Origin: Candidatus Eiseniibacteriota bacterium
GTDB taxonomy: Bacteria > Eisenbacteria > RBG-16-71-46
Length of the DNA: 31,114 nt
Assembly: GCA_044222065.1 (NCBI GenBank)
Contig: JBGAOA010000050.1
Coordinates: forward strand, 1 to 31,114
Direction of reading: 5' to 3'
A program made the position numbers and the translations under genes. Position 1 is the stretch's first letter, and every line of letters starts with the position of its first letter. Below the pieces are notes generated by a model. That model searched no databases, was not told where the DNA came from, and worked only from the letters and a program-made list of their open reading frames with translations. Below are positions 1-9,043 of this stretch, piece by piece.

Positions 1-267
1 CTCGGCTCGCGTCCGGCCGGGCTCGCCTATCCCGGCGGCGACTACGACGCGGTCACGATCGCCGCGTGCGACGCGAGCGGTCTCGCCTACGCCGTGACGA
101 CGCGCGCGGGCGACGTCGCCGCGGACGATCCGCGCTTCGCGCTCCGTCGGCGCGGCTGGTCGGACGGCGCGTGCCTCGGGCCGCTCGGCGGCTTCTCGGA
201 GCGCCTCGCGCGCGCCGAACTCGACGGCGCGTTCGACCGCTGGCGCGGCATGGAGGCGGCGTCGTGA
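1..267 (+). CDS. Polysaccharide deacetylase family protein, C-terminal part (5' truncated by window)
   Basis: Frame 1 is open from base 1: LGSRPAGLAYPGGDYDAVTIAACDASGLAYAVTTRAG...MEAAS*. AYPxG and YAVTT fit the NodB/CE4 C-terminal half. The TGA (265-267) overlaps the next GTG. Not in the ORF track because no start is in view. Confidence 0.7.
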   Translation, partial: LGSRPAGLAYPGGDYDAVTIAACDASGLAYAVTTRAGDVAADDPRFALRRRGWSDGACLGPLGGFSERLARAELDGAFDRWRGMEAAS

Positions 268-1379
268 GCGCGCGCGTGCGGGTGCTGTTCGTCGTCGGCA
301 ACTTCGTCGCGGGCGGCGCCGAGCGCCACCTGCTCGAGCTGTGGCGGCGCCTCGACCGCGACCGTTTCGACGTGCGCATCGCGTGCTTCCGGAACGAGGG
401 CCAGTTCGCGCCCGACGTCGCGGCGCTCGGCCTGCCGGTGCACGAGCTGCGCGTCGGCAGGCGCATCTACGACCCGACCGGCTGGCTCGGGTTCGCGCGG
501 CTCGTGCACCTCGTCGCGACGTTCCGTCCCGACGTCGTGCACGGCTACCTGTTCGGTCCGAACCTGTTCGCGACGCTCGCCGGCCGGCTCGCCGGCGTGC
601 GCGCGGTCGTGGTCGCGAAGCGCAACGTGGACGCGTTCGAGACGCCGCGCCAGGTTGCGATGCAGCGCATCGCGCACCGCTGGGCGACGCACGTCACGGC
701 CGTGAGCGACACGGTCGCCGACACGGTCGTCGCGCTCGGCGTTCCGCGCGAGCGCATCACGGTCATCCCGAACGGGGTGGACGCGACGCGCTTCGACGCG
801 ATTCCCGATCCGGCGCCGCCGAACGGGCGCCCCGCGGTGATCGGGAGCGTCGGCTGCCTCGAGGCGCGCAAGGACTACGGCACGCTGCTCGAGGCGCTCG
901 CGCGCCTCGCCGTGCGCGGCCGCGCGTTCGAGCTGCGGCTCGTCGGCGAGGGGCGCGAGCGCGCCGCGCTCGAAGCGCGCGCCGGCGCGCCGGAGCTCGC
1001 CGGCCGTGTCGCGTTCCTCGGCGAGCGGCGCGACGTCGAGGCGCAGCTCGCGTCGTTCGACCTGTTCGTGCTGTCGTCGCGCGAAGAGGGCATCCCGAAC
1101 GCGCTGCTCGAGGCGATGGCGGCCGGCCGGCCGGCGGTCGCGACCGCCGTCGGCGGCACGCCCGAGGTGTTCCGCGACGGCGCGGACGGCTGGCTCGTGC
1201 CGGCGCAGGACCCGAAGGCGCTCGCGGCCGCGCTCGAGGACGCGCTCGCGCACCCGGCGGAAGCGGCACGCCGCGGCGCCGAGGCGCGGCGTCACGCGCG
1301 TTCGGTCCACAGCCTCGATGCGATGGTGCGACGCCACGAGGCGTTCTACGAGCAGGCGGCAGGGAGGCGGCTTTCGTGA
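264..1379 (+). CDS. Glycosyltransferase family 4 (GT-B)
   Basis: GTG at 264 (GTGA overlap). N-terminal VLFVVGNFVAGGAERH, VIPNGVD, C-terminal EEGIPNALLEAMA (EX7E) and TAVGGTPE. Confidence 0.9.
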   Translation: MSARVRVLFVVGNFVAGGAERHLLELWRRLDRDRFDVRIACFRNEGQFAPDVAALGLPVHELRVGRRIYDPTGWLGFARLVHLVATFRPDVVHGYLFGPNLFATLAGRLAGVRAVVVAKRNVDAFETPRQVAMQRIAHRWATHVTAVSDTVADTVVALGVPRERITVIPNGVDATRFDAIPDPAPPNGRPAVIGSVGCLEARKDYGTLLEALARLAVRGRAFELRLVGEGRERAALEARAGAPELAGRVAFLGERRDVEAQLASFDLFVLSSREEGIPNALLEAMAAGRPAVATAVGGTPEVFRDGADGWLVPAQDPKALAAALEDALAHPAEAARRGAEARRHARSVHSLDAMVRRHEAFYEQAAGRRLS

Positions 1380-2617
1380 AGCGGATCGTGTACGTGACGA
1401 CGACGTTCCCGACGTTCGCGGCGTTCATCGAGAACGAAGTGTGGCGGCTCCACCGGCGCGGCGTTCCGGTGACGGTGCTGACGCTGCGGCCGGTGCATCC
1501 GCACCACCAGCCCGAGCACGCGCCGCTGCTCGCGATCACGCGTCACGTGGGCTCGCCGCTCGCCGCGGGGTCGTGGCTCGCGCTGCTCGGCTGGCTCGTG
1601 CGCAGGCCGCACGTGCTGATCCCGACCTGGCTGCGCATGCTGTGGGCGTCGCGCCGCAGTCCGTACGCGATCGTGGGCCACGTCGGCTACCTGCCGGCGG
1701 CCGCGGCCGTCGCGAACGTGCTCGTGCGCGAGCGCGCGCACCGCGTGCACGGCGCGTGGGCGCACTTCCCGGCGAGCGTCGCGTACCTCGCCTCACGGCT
1801 CGCCGGCTGCCGCTTCAGCATGGCGGGACACGCGGGCTCGGACCTCTACCGGACGCAGGCGTTCCTGCGCGACAAGGTGCGCGCCGCCGACTTCGTCGCG
1901 ACGTGCGTGCGCGGCAACGGCGAGATGCTCCGCCGGCTCGCGGGGCCCGACGCGCGGATCGTCTGGCTCTACCACGGCGTGGACCGCGCGCGCTTCGACG
2001 GCTCGGGACGCGCGCGCGCGGCGGAGCCGACGCTGCTGTGCGTCGGCCGACTCGCCCCCACGAAGGGCTTCGACCTGGCGGTGAAGGCGCTCGCCGAATT
2101 GAAGCGCCGCGGGCTCGCTCCGCGCCTCGTGTTCGCCGGCGACGGGCCCGAGCGCGCCGCGCTCGAGCGGCTCGCGGACGAAGGCGGCGTGCGCGCGCAG
2201 ATCGAGATCCTCGGCTTCGTGCCGCAGACCGCGGTCCTGCCGCTCTACCGTTCGGCGTGGCTGCTCGTCTCGCCGAGCCGCGTGCTCGCGAACGGCCATC
2301 GCGACGGCATCCCGAACGTGATCGTGGAAGCGCTCGCGATGGGCCTGCCGTGCGTCGGCACGCGCGCGGCGGGACTCGAGGAGGCCGTGACGGACGGCGT
2401 CACGGGCGCGCTCGTCGCGCCCGAGGACCCGGTCGCGCTGGCCGACGCCCTCGAGCGGCTGCTGCGCGACCCGGCGGAAGTGGACCGGCTCGGCGCGGGC
2501 GCGCGCGGGGCGGTCGCCGACGTGTTCGACGCCGACCGCAACTTCGAGCGCCTGCTCGCGCTGTTCGCGACCGACGGCGCCTCGGACGATCCGGCGCGCG
2601 CGGGGAACGGCGCGTGA
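1376..2617 (+). CDS. Glycosyltransferase family 4 (WcaL-like)
   Basis: GTG at 1376 (GTGA overlap). YVTTTFP..FIENE, HAGSDLY, VGRLAPTKG, RDGIPNVIVEALA. Confidence 0.9.
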   Translation: MKRIVYVTTTFPTFAAFIENEVWRLHRRGVPVTVLTLRPVHPHHQPEHAPLLAITRHVGSPLAAGSWLALLGWLVRRPHVLIPTWLRMLWASRRSPYAIVGHVGYLPAAAAVANVLVRERAHRVHGAWAHFPASVAYLASRLAGCRFSMAGHAGSDLYRTQAFLRDKVRAADFVATCVRGNGEMLRRLAGPDARIVWLYHGVDRARFDGSGRARAAEPTLLCVGRLAPTKGFDLAVKALAELKRRGLAPRLVFAGDGPERAALERLADEGGVRAQIEILGFVPQTAVLPLYRSAWLLVSPSRVLANGHRDGIPNVIVEALAMGLPCVGTRAAGLEEAVTDGVTGALVAPEDPVALADALERLLRDPAEVDRLGAGARGAVADVFDADRNFERLLALFATDGASDDPARAGNGA

Positions 2618-3757
2618 AGGTCGCGCACGTGATCGAGGCGATGCACCAGGGCGGCGCGGAGTCGCTCGTGATCGAGCACGCCCGGCGCGCGGGCCCCGGC
2701 GTCGAGACCGTCGTGGTCGCGCTGAATCGCGGCGGTCCCGCGTTCGAGGCGGCCGCCGCCGCGGGCGCGCGCGCGGTGATGCTCGGCAAGGGACGCGGCC
2801 GCTTCGCCGGACTGTCCGCGCTCGCCCGGCTGCTGCGCGAGGAGCGCGTGGACGTCGTGAACGGCCACAACCCCACGGGCGGGCTCTACGGCGCGCTCGC
2901 GGGGCGCGCGGCCGGCGTGCCGGCGGTGGTGCGCACCGAACACAGCTTCCATTACCGCGGGCGCCACTCGGCGCTCTATCCCGCGCTCGAAGTCGCGACG
3001 ACGGCGCTGTCGCGACGGGTGATCTGCGTGTGCGACGCCGTGAGACGGAGCCACGTCGAGCGGCTGCGCTGGGCGGCGGACCGCTTCGTCACGATCGCGA
3101 ACGGCATCTCGCCGGCGCCGCCGGTGCGCGAACCCGCGGCCGTGCGCGCCGAACTCGGCGTGCCGGAGGGCGCGCCGCTGCTGCTCACGATCGGCAGCCT
3201 CACGACCCAGAAGGCGCAGCACGTCATGCTCGAGGCGTTCGCGCACGCGCGCCGCGCGGCGCCGGAGGCCGTGCTCGCGATCGCGGGGGAGGGCCCGCTG
3301 CGCGAATCCTTGCTCGCGCAGGCCCGCGCGCTCGAACTCGGGGACGCCGTGCGATTCCTCGGACCGCGCGGCGATGCGGCCGACCTGCACGCCGCCGCCG
3401 ACGTGTTCGTGCTCTCGTCCGTGCGCGAGGGGCTCTCGATCACGCTGCTCGAGGCGATGCGCGCGGGCAAGCCGTGCGTCGCGACCGCGATCGGCGGCAA
3501 CGGCGAGGCGGTCGAGGACGGCGTCACCGGCGCGCTCGTGCCGGCGAACGATCCCCCGGCGCTCGGCGCCGCGCTCGCGGCCTTTGCGCTCGATCCCGCG
3601 CGGCGCGCGGCGGCGGGTGCCGCCGGCCGCGCGCGATTCGAGCGACTGTTCACGGGCCGAGCGCATGGTGCGCGCGACCGAGGCGCTCTACCGCGAATGC
3701 CTCGCCCGGGGCGGCGCCGGCGCGCCGCTCGCGGCCGCGGCGGGCGGGGGACGATGA
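2614..3757 (+). CDS. Glycosyltransferase family 4 with an apparent +1 frameshift near its 3' end (GGG at 3654-3656)
   Basis: GTG at 2614. VKVAHVIEAMHQGGAE, REGLSITLLEAM. The normal GT4 terminal helix (AERMVRATEALY) lies in the next frame and stops at TGA 3755-3757, overlapping the ATG at 3754. Confidence 0.85.
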
Positions 3758-5904
3758 GCGCGCGCGTGTGGCGCACGGGCGAGCCGCGCGACGCGTCGTT
3801 CGACGCCGCGTGGAACGCCGCGCTCGATCGCGCGCCGTTCGCGCACTTCGCGCTGCGGCTCGACTGGATGGAGTGGGGGCACGCGCACGGCACGCCGTCG
3901 ATCGCGGTGCTCGCCGAAGAGGACGGCCGCACCGGGCTCATCGCCGCGCGGCGCGAGAAGGGCGTGTGGGTGTCGGGGCTTCCGTGGCGCTGGCAGGCCG
4001 CGATGTGCGGGCCCGACCGGCCGGTCGAGCCGCTGCTCACCGCGGCCGAGTGCGCCTGGCTGTTCCGCGCGCTCGAGCGCGGCGCGCGCGGACGGCGCGT
4101 GCGCGCATTCCTGCCGCAGCCCCCGGCGAGCGGCGTGATCGGCTACCTCGGGGGCAAGACGCTGCTCCACCGCGTGGACGTGTCCGACGAGGACCTGCAG
4201 GGCGCGATGGACAAGACCAAGCGCGCGATGATCCGCCGCGCGCAGCGCGGGGGATACGAAGTCGTGCGGACGCTCGATCTCGACCGGCTGCGCGAGTTCA
4301 GCGCGGTCCAGCGCGCGACCGACGAGCGTCACGGCAAGGCGCCGCTCGACCACGAGGCGGACGCGCTGCCCGCGCCGGGCGAGCGCTGGCGCGAGTGGGA
4401 GCTGCCGTGGATGGACCTGCTGCTCGCGATCCAGGACGGCCGCGTGCGCTCGGGCTTCGGCTTCGCGCTCGGCAGCGGCGCCGTGCTCGAGAGCCGGGCC
4501 GCGGGCTCGACGCGCGAGGCGCTCCGCGACGGGGCGTTCGTGCTGCTCGCGTTCGAGGCGGCGCGGCGTGCGCGCGAACTCGGCTACCGCTACCTGAACT
4601 GGGGCGGCGACACGTTCTTCAAGCGCGACGTGGTGGGACCGCTCGGCGTGCCCGTGCCGCTCTACTGCTGGCTCGGCGGCGCCGTCGCGTGGGCGCCCGC
4701 GAACCAGTTCGAGGCCGGGCTCCACCGCGCGCGCCGCGTCGCGAGCCGGCTCAAGGGCGCGACGGCCGAGCCCGGCGAGGACGGACTCGCCGCGCCGCCG
4801 AAGCCGAAGCGCACGGCGCCGTCGGCGAGCCGCATGCTCGTGAGCCTGTGGCGCACGCAGGCGCCGCTCGATCCGGCGTTCGCGGCGCAGTGGGAGCGGC
4901 GCGTGATGGGTGCGCCGCACGCGAACTTCACGCTCGACCTGCGCTACCTCGCGCACGAGGCGGCGGCCGGCCGCCATTCGATGGCGATCCTCGCCGAGGA
5001 AGGCGGTTACCGGGTCGCGTTCGCGCTGCGCGAATCGGGCGGGGAACTCGTGAGCGGCTGGCCGTGGCGCTGGCAGGTCGTGCTCGAAGGGCGCTCCGAG
5101 CAGCTCGCGACGCCGCTCGACGCCGCGGCGTGCGAGTGGCTCCACGGCGTCGCGCGCCGCGTGACGCACGAGCGCCGCGTGCGGCTCTACCTGCCGTCGC
5201 CGTCGGCCGGCGGCGCGCCGAGCTACCCGGCGGGGGCGACGATCCTGCAGCCGCTCGACCGCAGCGACGACGAGGTGCTCGCCGCGATGTCGAATTCCAA
5301 GCGCCGCATGGTGCGCCGCGCGCGCGAACTCGGCTACGAGATCGAAGACGCCGCGGGCGAGGAGGCGTTCCGCGAGTACGCCGCGCTCCAGCGCGAGGCG
5401 GCGGCCCGGCGCGGCTTCGCGACCGTCGGCGCCGCCGACGAAGCGTGGCGCGAGTGGCACCTGCCGTGGATGTGGCTGCTCGTCGCTCGACGTGACGGAC
5501 GCATCGTCTCGGGGGCGGGGGACGGCGTGTGCGGCGGCGGAACGGTGGAAGGGCGCGCCGGGGCGTCGAGCGATCAGGCGCGCCGCGACGGCGCGTTCGC
5601 GCTCGTGTGCTTCGAGGAGGTGCGGCGCGCGCGCGACCGCGGCTACCGCTGGCTCAATCACTGCGGGGACACGATGTTCAAGCGCGAGATGACCGGCAAG
5701 CTCGGCGTCCGCGTTCCGATGTGGTGCTGGCTCTCGGGCGGCCGTCTCCACGGCGCGTTCGACCGGGGCGAGGCGTTCCTGCGCTCGCTGCGGCCCCGGG
5801 CGGCCGCGATCCTGCGCGCGCGCGGCCCGCTCCAGTCGGCGTGGATCGCCGCGAGCGGGCTGCTCGGCGCGATCGATCCCGGGGACGTGACGCGATGGCC
5901 GTGA
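3754..5904 (+). CDS. GNAT/FemAB-like acyltransferase-fold protein with two tandem homologous modules (716 aa)
   Basis: ATG at 3754 after GGGGG. Each half has an (M)xKxKRxMI/VRRAxxxGY segment and a C-terminal ARxxGYRY/WLNxxG...FKR segment typical of Acetyltransf_6/FemAB-like proteins in EPS loci. Confidence 0.65.
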   Translation: MSARVWRTGEPRDASFDAAWNAALDRAPFAHFALRLDWMEWGHAHGTPSIAVLAEEDGRTGLIAARREKGVWVSGLPWRWQAAMCGPDRPVEPLLTAAECAWLFRALERGARGRRVRAFLPQPPASGVIGYLGGKTLLHRVDVSDEDLQGAMDKTKRAMIRRAQRGGYEVVRTLDLDRLREFSAVQRATDERHGKAPLDHEADALPAPGERWREWELPWMDLLLAIQDGRVRSGFGFALGSGAVLESRAAGSTREALRDGAFVLLAFEAARRARELGYRYLNWGGDTFFKRDVVGPLGVPVPLYCWLGGAVAWAPANQFEAGLHRARRVASRLKGATAEPGEDGLAAPPKPKRTAPSASRMLVSLWRTQAPLDPAFAAQWERRVMGAPHANFTLDLRYLAHEAAAGRHSMAILAEEGGYRVAFALRESGGELVSGWPWRWQVVLEGRSEQLATPLDAAACEWLHGVARRVTHERRVRLYLPSPSAGGAPSYPAGATILQPLDRSDDEVLAAMSNSKRRMVRRARELGYEIEDAAGEEAFREYAALQREAAARRGFATVGAADEAWREWHLPWMWLLVARRDGRIVSGAGDGVCGGGTVEGRAGASSDQARRDGAFALVCFEEVRRARDRGYRWLNHCGDTMFKREMTGKLGVRVPMWCWLSGGRLHGAFDRGEAFLRSLRPRAAAILRARGPLQSAWIAASGLLGAIDPGDVTRWP

Positions 5905-6518
5905 ACGCCGCCCCGCACGCCGCGCCGGCTCCGCGGCCGGCCGGACCGTACGGCGCGCTCAAGCGCGCCGCCGACGTCGCCGTAGCGTTCGTGCTGCTCG
6001 TCGGGCTCTCGCCGCTGCTCGCGCTGCTCGCGCTCGCGATCCGGCTCGACTCGCCCGGGCCCGCGATCTTCCGGCAGCGCCGGATCGGCCGCGGCTCGCG
6101 CGAATTCTCGATCGCGAAGTTCCGCACCATGAAGACCGGGACGCCGGATCTCGCCTCGCACCTCATTCAGGGGCAGACGGCGTCGCGCCTGACGCGGCTC
6201 GGCGGATTCCTGCGCCGCACGAGCCTCGACGAACTGCCGCAGCTCTGGAACGTGCTGCGCGGCGACATGACGCTCGTGGGCCCGCGGCCCGCGCTGTGGA
6301 ACCAGGACGACCTGATCGCGCTGCGCCGCGCGCACGGCGTGGACGCCCTGCGCCCCGGCGTCACCGGCTGGGCGCAGGTGAACGGGCGCGACGAGTTGCC
6401 CGTGTCCGAGAAGGTGCGCTATGACGTGGAGTACCTGAATCGTGCGGACGCGGCGCTGGATCTCGAGATCCTGCTGCGCACCGTCGTCGTGCTCGTGACC
6501 GGCCGGGGAACGAACTAG
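5895..6518 (+). CDS. Bacterial sugar transferase (initiating undecaprenyl-phosphate glycosyl-1-phosphate transferase)
   Basis: KRAADV, one hydrophobic helix, [56 protein letters not shown]. The start may instead be GTG 5901. Confidence 0.95.
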   Translation: MAVNAAPHAAPAPRPAGPYGALKRAADVAVAFVLLVGLSPLLALLALAIRLDSPGPAIFRQRRIGRGSREFSIAKFRTMKTGTPDLASHLIQGQTASRLTRLGGFLRRTSLDELPQLWNVLRGDMTLVGPRPALWNQDDLIALRRAHGVDALRPGVTGWAQVNGRDELPVSEKVRYDVEYLNRADAALDLEILLRTVVVLVTGRGTN

Positions 6519-6678
6519 GCACTGTCGGAAAACGCCGCGACGCGGCGAGCCCGCGAAGGGCCGCCGTGCGCGGAGCGAGGAGGAGGCGAGTGTCGAGCAC
6601 ACTGTCGACGACGAACGACGACGCCCGGCGGCCGCGACGGCGGCGCGCGGCATTCCCGGACGGAGCCTAGGAGGTTCG

Positions 6679-7551
6679 ATGTCCACCACTCCGATCGCGC
6701 TCGCGCGCCCGGCCGCCTCGCCGCTCGCCCGCGGCGCCGGGGCGCTCGTGCTCGTCCTGCTCGCGGCGCTCGCCTACCACCGCACGGCGGCGACGCTCTG
6801 GACGACGTGGATGACGAACGACACGTATTCCCACGGACCGCTGATCCCGCTCGTCTCGCTGTGGCTCGCGTGGCGGGACCGCGACGTCTGGCGGACGCGG
6901 CCGGCGGTGCCCGACGCGCGAGGACTCGCGCTCGTCGCGGCCGCGTGCGCGATGCAGGTGCTGGGGGTGCGCGCCGACGTGTTCGCGATGCAGGGCTGGT
7001 CGCTGCCCGTGCTCGTCGCCGGGATCCTGTGGACGTTCCAGGGTGCGGCGCGGCTGCGCGCCCTGTGGTTCCCGGTCGCGTTCCTCGTCTTCATGCTGAC
7101 GTTCCCGCCCTTCGTCGTGCTGCAGCTCAGCTACGCGCTCAAGACCGTGGCCGTCGAGATCTCGACGCGGGTCGCCGCGGCGCTCGGCGCCGAATTCCAG
7201 CAGAAGGGGATGTCGCTGTTCTTCGCGACCGGCGAATTGCGCGTCGAGCACCCGTGCAGCGGTCTCCGCTCGCTCATCGCGCTCGTCGCGATGGGCACGC
7301 TGCTCGCGTGGCTCACGCCCGGCGCCTGGTGGCGCCGCCTGCTGCTCGTGATCGCCTCGCTGCCGGTCGCGATCCTCGCGAACGCCGCGCGGCTCGTCAT
7401 CGTGTTCGTCGCGGCGCAGCACGTCGGCGTGCCGGCCGCGGCCGGACGCGTGCACGACCTGAGCGGCTACCTCGTGTACGTGATCGCGCTCGGCGCGCTG
7501 CTGCTGCTGCGAATTCCGCTCGCCGCGGCCGTGCGGGAGCGCCGCCCGTGA
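6679..7551 (+). CDS. epsH: Exosortase (EpsH family transmembrane transpeptidase)
   Basis: AGGAGG RBS. About 8 hydrophobic segments, YSHGPLIP, catalytic Cys in PCSGLRSL, Arg in ANAARL, His in RVHD. Confidence 0.92.
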   Translation: MSTTPIALARPAASPLARGAGALVLVLLAALAYHRTAATLWTTWMTNDTYSHGPLIPLVSLWLAWRDRDVWRTRPAVPDARGLALVAAACAMQVLGVRADVFAMQGWSLPVLVAGILWTFQGAARLRALWFPVAFLVFMLTFPPFVVLQLSYALKTVAVEISTRVAAALGAEFQQKGMSLFFATGELRVEHPCSGLRSLIALVAMGTLLAWLTPGAWWRRLLLVIASLPVAILANAARLVIVFVAAQHVGVPAAAGRVHDLSGYLVYVIALGALLLLRIPLAAAVRERRP

Positions 7552-8192
7552 TCCGCTTCCTCGCGACCGCGTTCCTCCTCGCGCTGACGGCGGCCTACGT
7601 CGCGCTGCATCCGCCGGTGAACCTCGCGGAGGGCCGCGGCGTGCTCGCCCGCGTGCCGGCGTCGATCGGCGAGTGGAGCGGCACCGAGCTGTCGTTCGAG
7701 GACGCCGTCGTCGAGGACCTGCAGTCGGACGACCTGCTCATCCGCCGCTACGCCCGCGGGGACGACCGGGTGTGGCTGTGCATCGTGTACCACCAGAACC
7801 GGCGCTACGGCGCTCACGACGCGCGCATCTGCTACGAGTCGCAGGGCTACGAGGTCGGGCCCGAGCGCACGGTGCACGTCGGCGCTCCCGGCAACGGCGG
7901 CCTCGAGGTGAACCGCTTCCTCGCCGAGCACCCCGATCACCGGCGTCTCGTCTACTACTGGTGGGCGACGCGCGGGCTCTCGACCGCGGATCCGCAGGCG
8001 TTCCGCGGGCGCATGGCGCTGCTCGGCGCGCTCGACAACCGCTCGTGGGGCGCGTTCGTGCGCATCGAGACGACGGTGAAGGCGGGCGAGGAGGCGGCGG
8101 CCGAAGCGCGGCTGCGCGACTTCGGCGCGGTCGTCGCGCACGAGCTGCCCGCGGTGTTCGAAACGACGGCGAAGGCGGCGGGCACGCCGTGA
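7548..8192 (+). CDS. epsI: EpsI family exosortase-associated protein
   Basis: GTG overlapping the exosortase stop. N-terminal anchor, PASIGEWSG, RRY, HDARICYESQGY, VYYWW, GAFVRI. Confidence 0.85.
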   Translation: MIRFLATAFLLALTAAYVALHPPVNLAEGRGVLARVPASIGEWSGTELSFEDAVVEDLQSDDLLIRRYARGDDRVWLCIVYHQNRRYGAHDARICYESQGYEVGPERTVHVGAPGNGGLEVNRFLAEHPDHRRLVYYWWATRGLSTADPQAFRGRMALLGALDNRSWGAFVRIETTVKAGEEAAAEARLRDFGAVVAHELPAVFETTAKAAGTP

Positions 8193-9043
8193 ACGCCGCG
8201 GAGCAGGTCGCGCTCGTCTGGCGGGCGCTGCTCCACACCGCACGCGTTTCGCTCCGTCCGGCGCTCTGGGCGCCGTGGTCCGTTCTGCTCGCGGTGCAGG
8301 CGGCGGCGCTCGCGGCGTTCGCGAATCCGGCGCATCCGGCGGTGTCCGCGTGGCTCGGCGCGTTCCTCGAGCGCACGGCGGGCGAGGGCGTGCTGCACTA
8401 CCCCGAGTACTTCCGCCAGCTGCCGTGGATCTGGGGCCGCGCCGACCTCGCGATCGCGGCGCTCGTCGCACCGGTCGTGACGGGCTGGTCGTGCGCCGCG
8501 TTCGCCGAGGCGTTCTCGGGACGGCGGCCCTCGGCCGGCGGCGCCTGGCGCGCGGCCGCGCCGCGCGCACGGACGCTCGTGCTCGCGTGGCTGCCGCTGC
8601 AGCTCGCGACGTTCGCGTTCGCGCTCCTGCTCGGCGGGTGGGTCGAGGGCCAGCGGCACACGTTCGTCTCGCGACTGCTCGGCCAGCTGCTCGTCGTCGG
8701 GGGACCGCTCGTCGCGCAGACCGTCTTCTTCTACACGCCCTGCTACGTCGCGCTCGGCCGGCTCGGGGCGGTCGAGAGCTGGTGGGCGCTGCCGCGCGCG
8801 ACCGGCCGCGCGGGATTCGGCGCGTTCCTCGCCTCGGCCGCGGCGCTCGTCGCGGTGAACGCGTTCGTGCGCGTGGTCGCGATTCCGGCCGCGGGCTGGG
8901 AGCGGCTCTCGCCCGAACGCTCGGTCGTCCGCCTGTTCGCGGCGGACGCGTGCTCGGCCGCGATCGGATTCGCGCTCGCGGGCGTCGCGACGCTCGTGTA
9001 CCTGAGCGCGCTCTCGCCCGAGGCGCCGGAGCGGCAGCCGTGA
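8189..9043 (+). CDS. Hypothetical integral membrane protein (~6 TM)
   Basis: GTGA overlaps at both ends. Several long hydrophobic stretches and no recognisable catalytic motif. Confidence 0.75.
   Translation: MNAAEQVALVWRALLHTARVSLRPALWAPWSVLLAVQAAALAAFANPAHPAVSAWLGAFLERTAGEGVLHYPEYFRQLPWIWGRADLAIAALVAPVVTGWSCAAFAEAFSGRRPSAGGAWRAAAPRARTLVLAWLPLQLATFAFALLLGGWVEGQRHTFVSRLLGQLLVVGGPLVAQTVFFYTPCYVALGRLGAVESWWALPRATGRAGFGAFLASAAALVAVNAFVRVVAIPAAGWERLSPERSVVRLFAADACSAAIGFALAGVATLVYLSALSPEAPERQP

Noticed and set aside
1006..5904. 1632-aa ORF as one giant protein
   Set aside because: The first ~535 aa are a shadow frame of two GT4 genes. The remainder is a GT4 and a GNAT gene joined by a 1-bp frameshift.
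6640..6665. Possible sigma54 -24/-12 promoter before the exosortase (CGGCATTCCC...)
   Set aside because: There is no GC/TTGC at the required -12 position.
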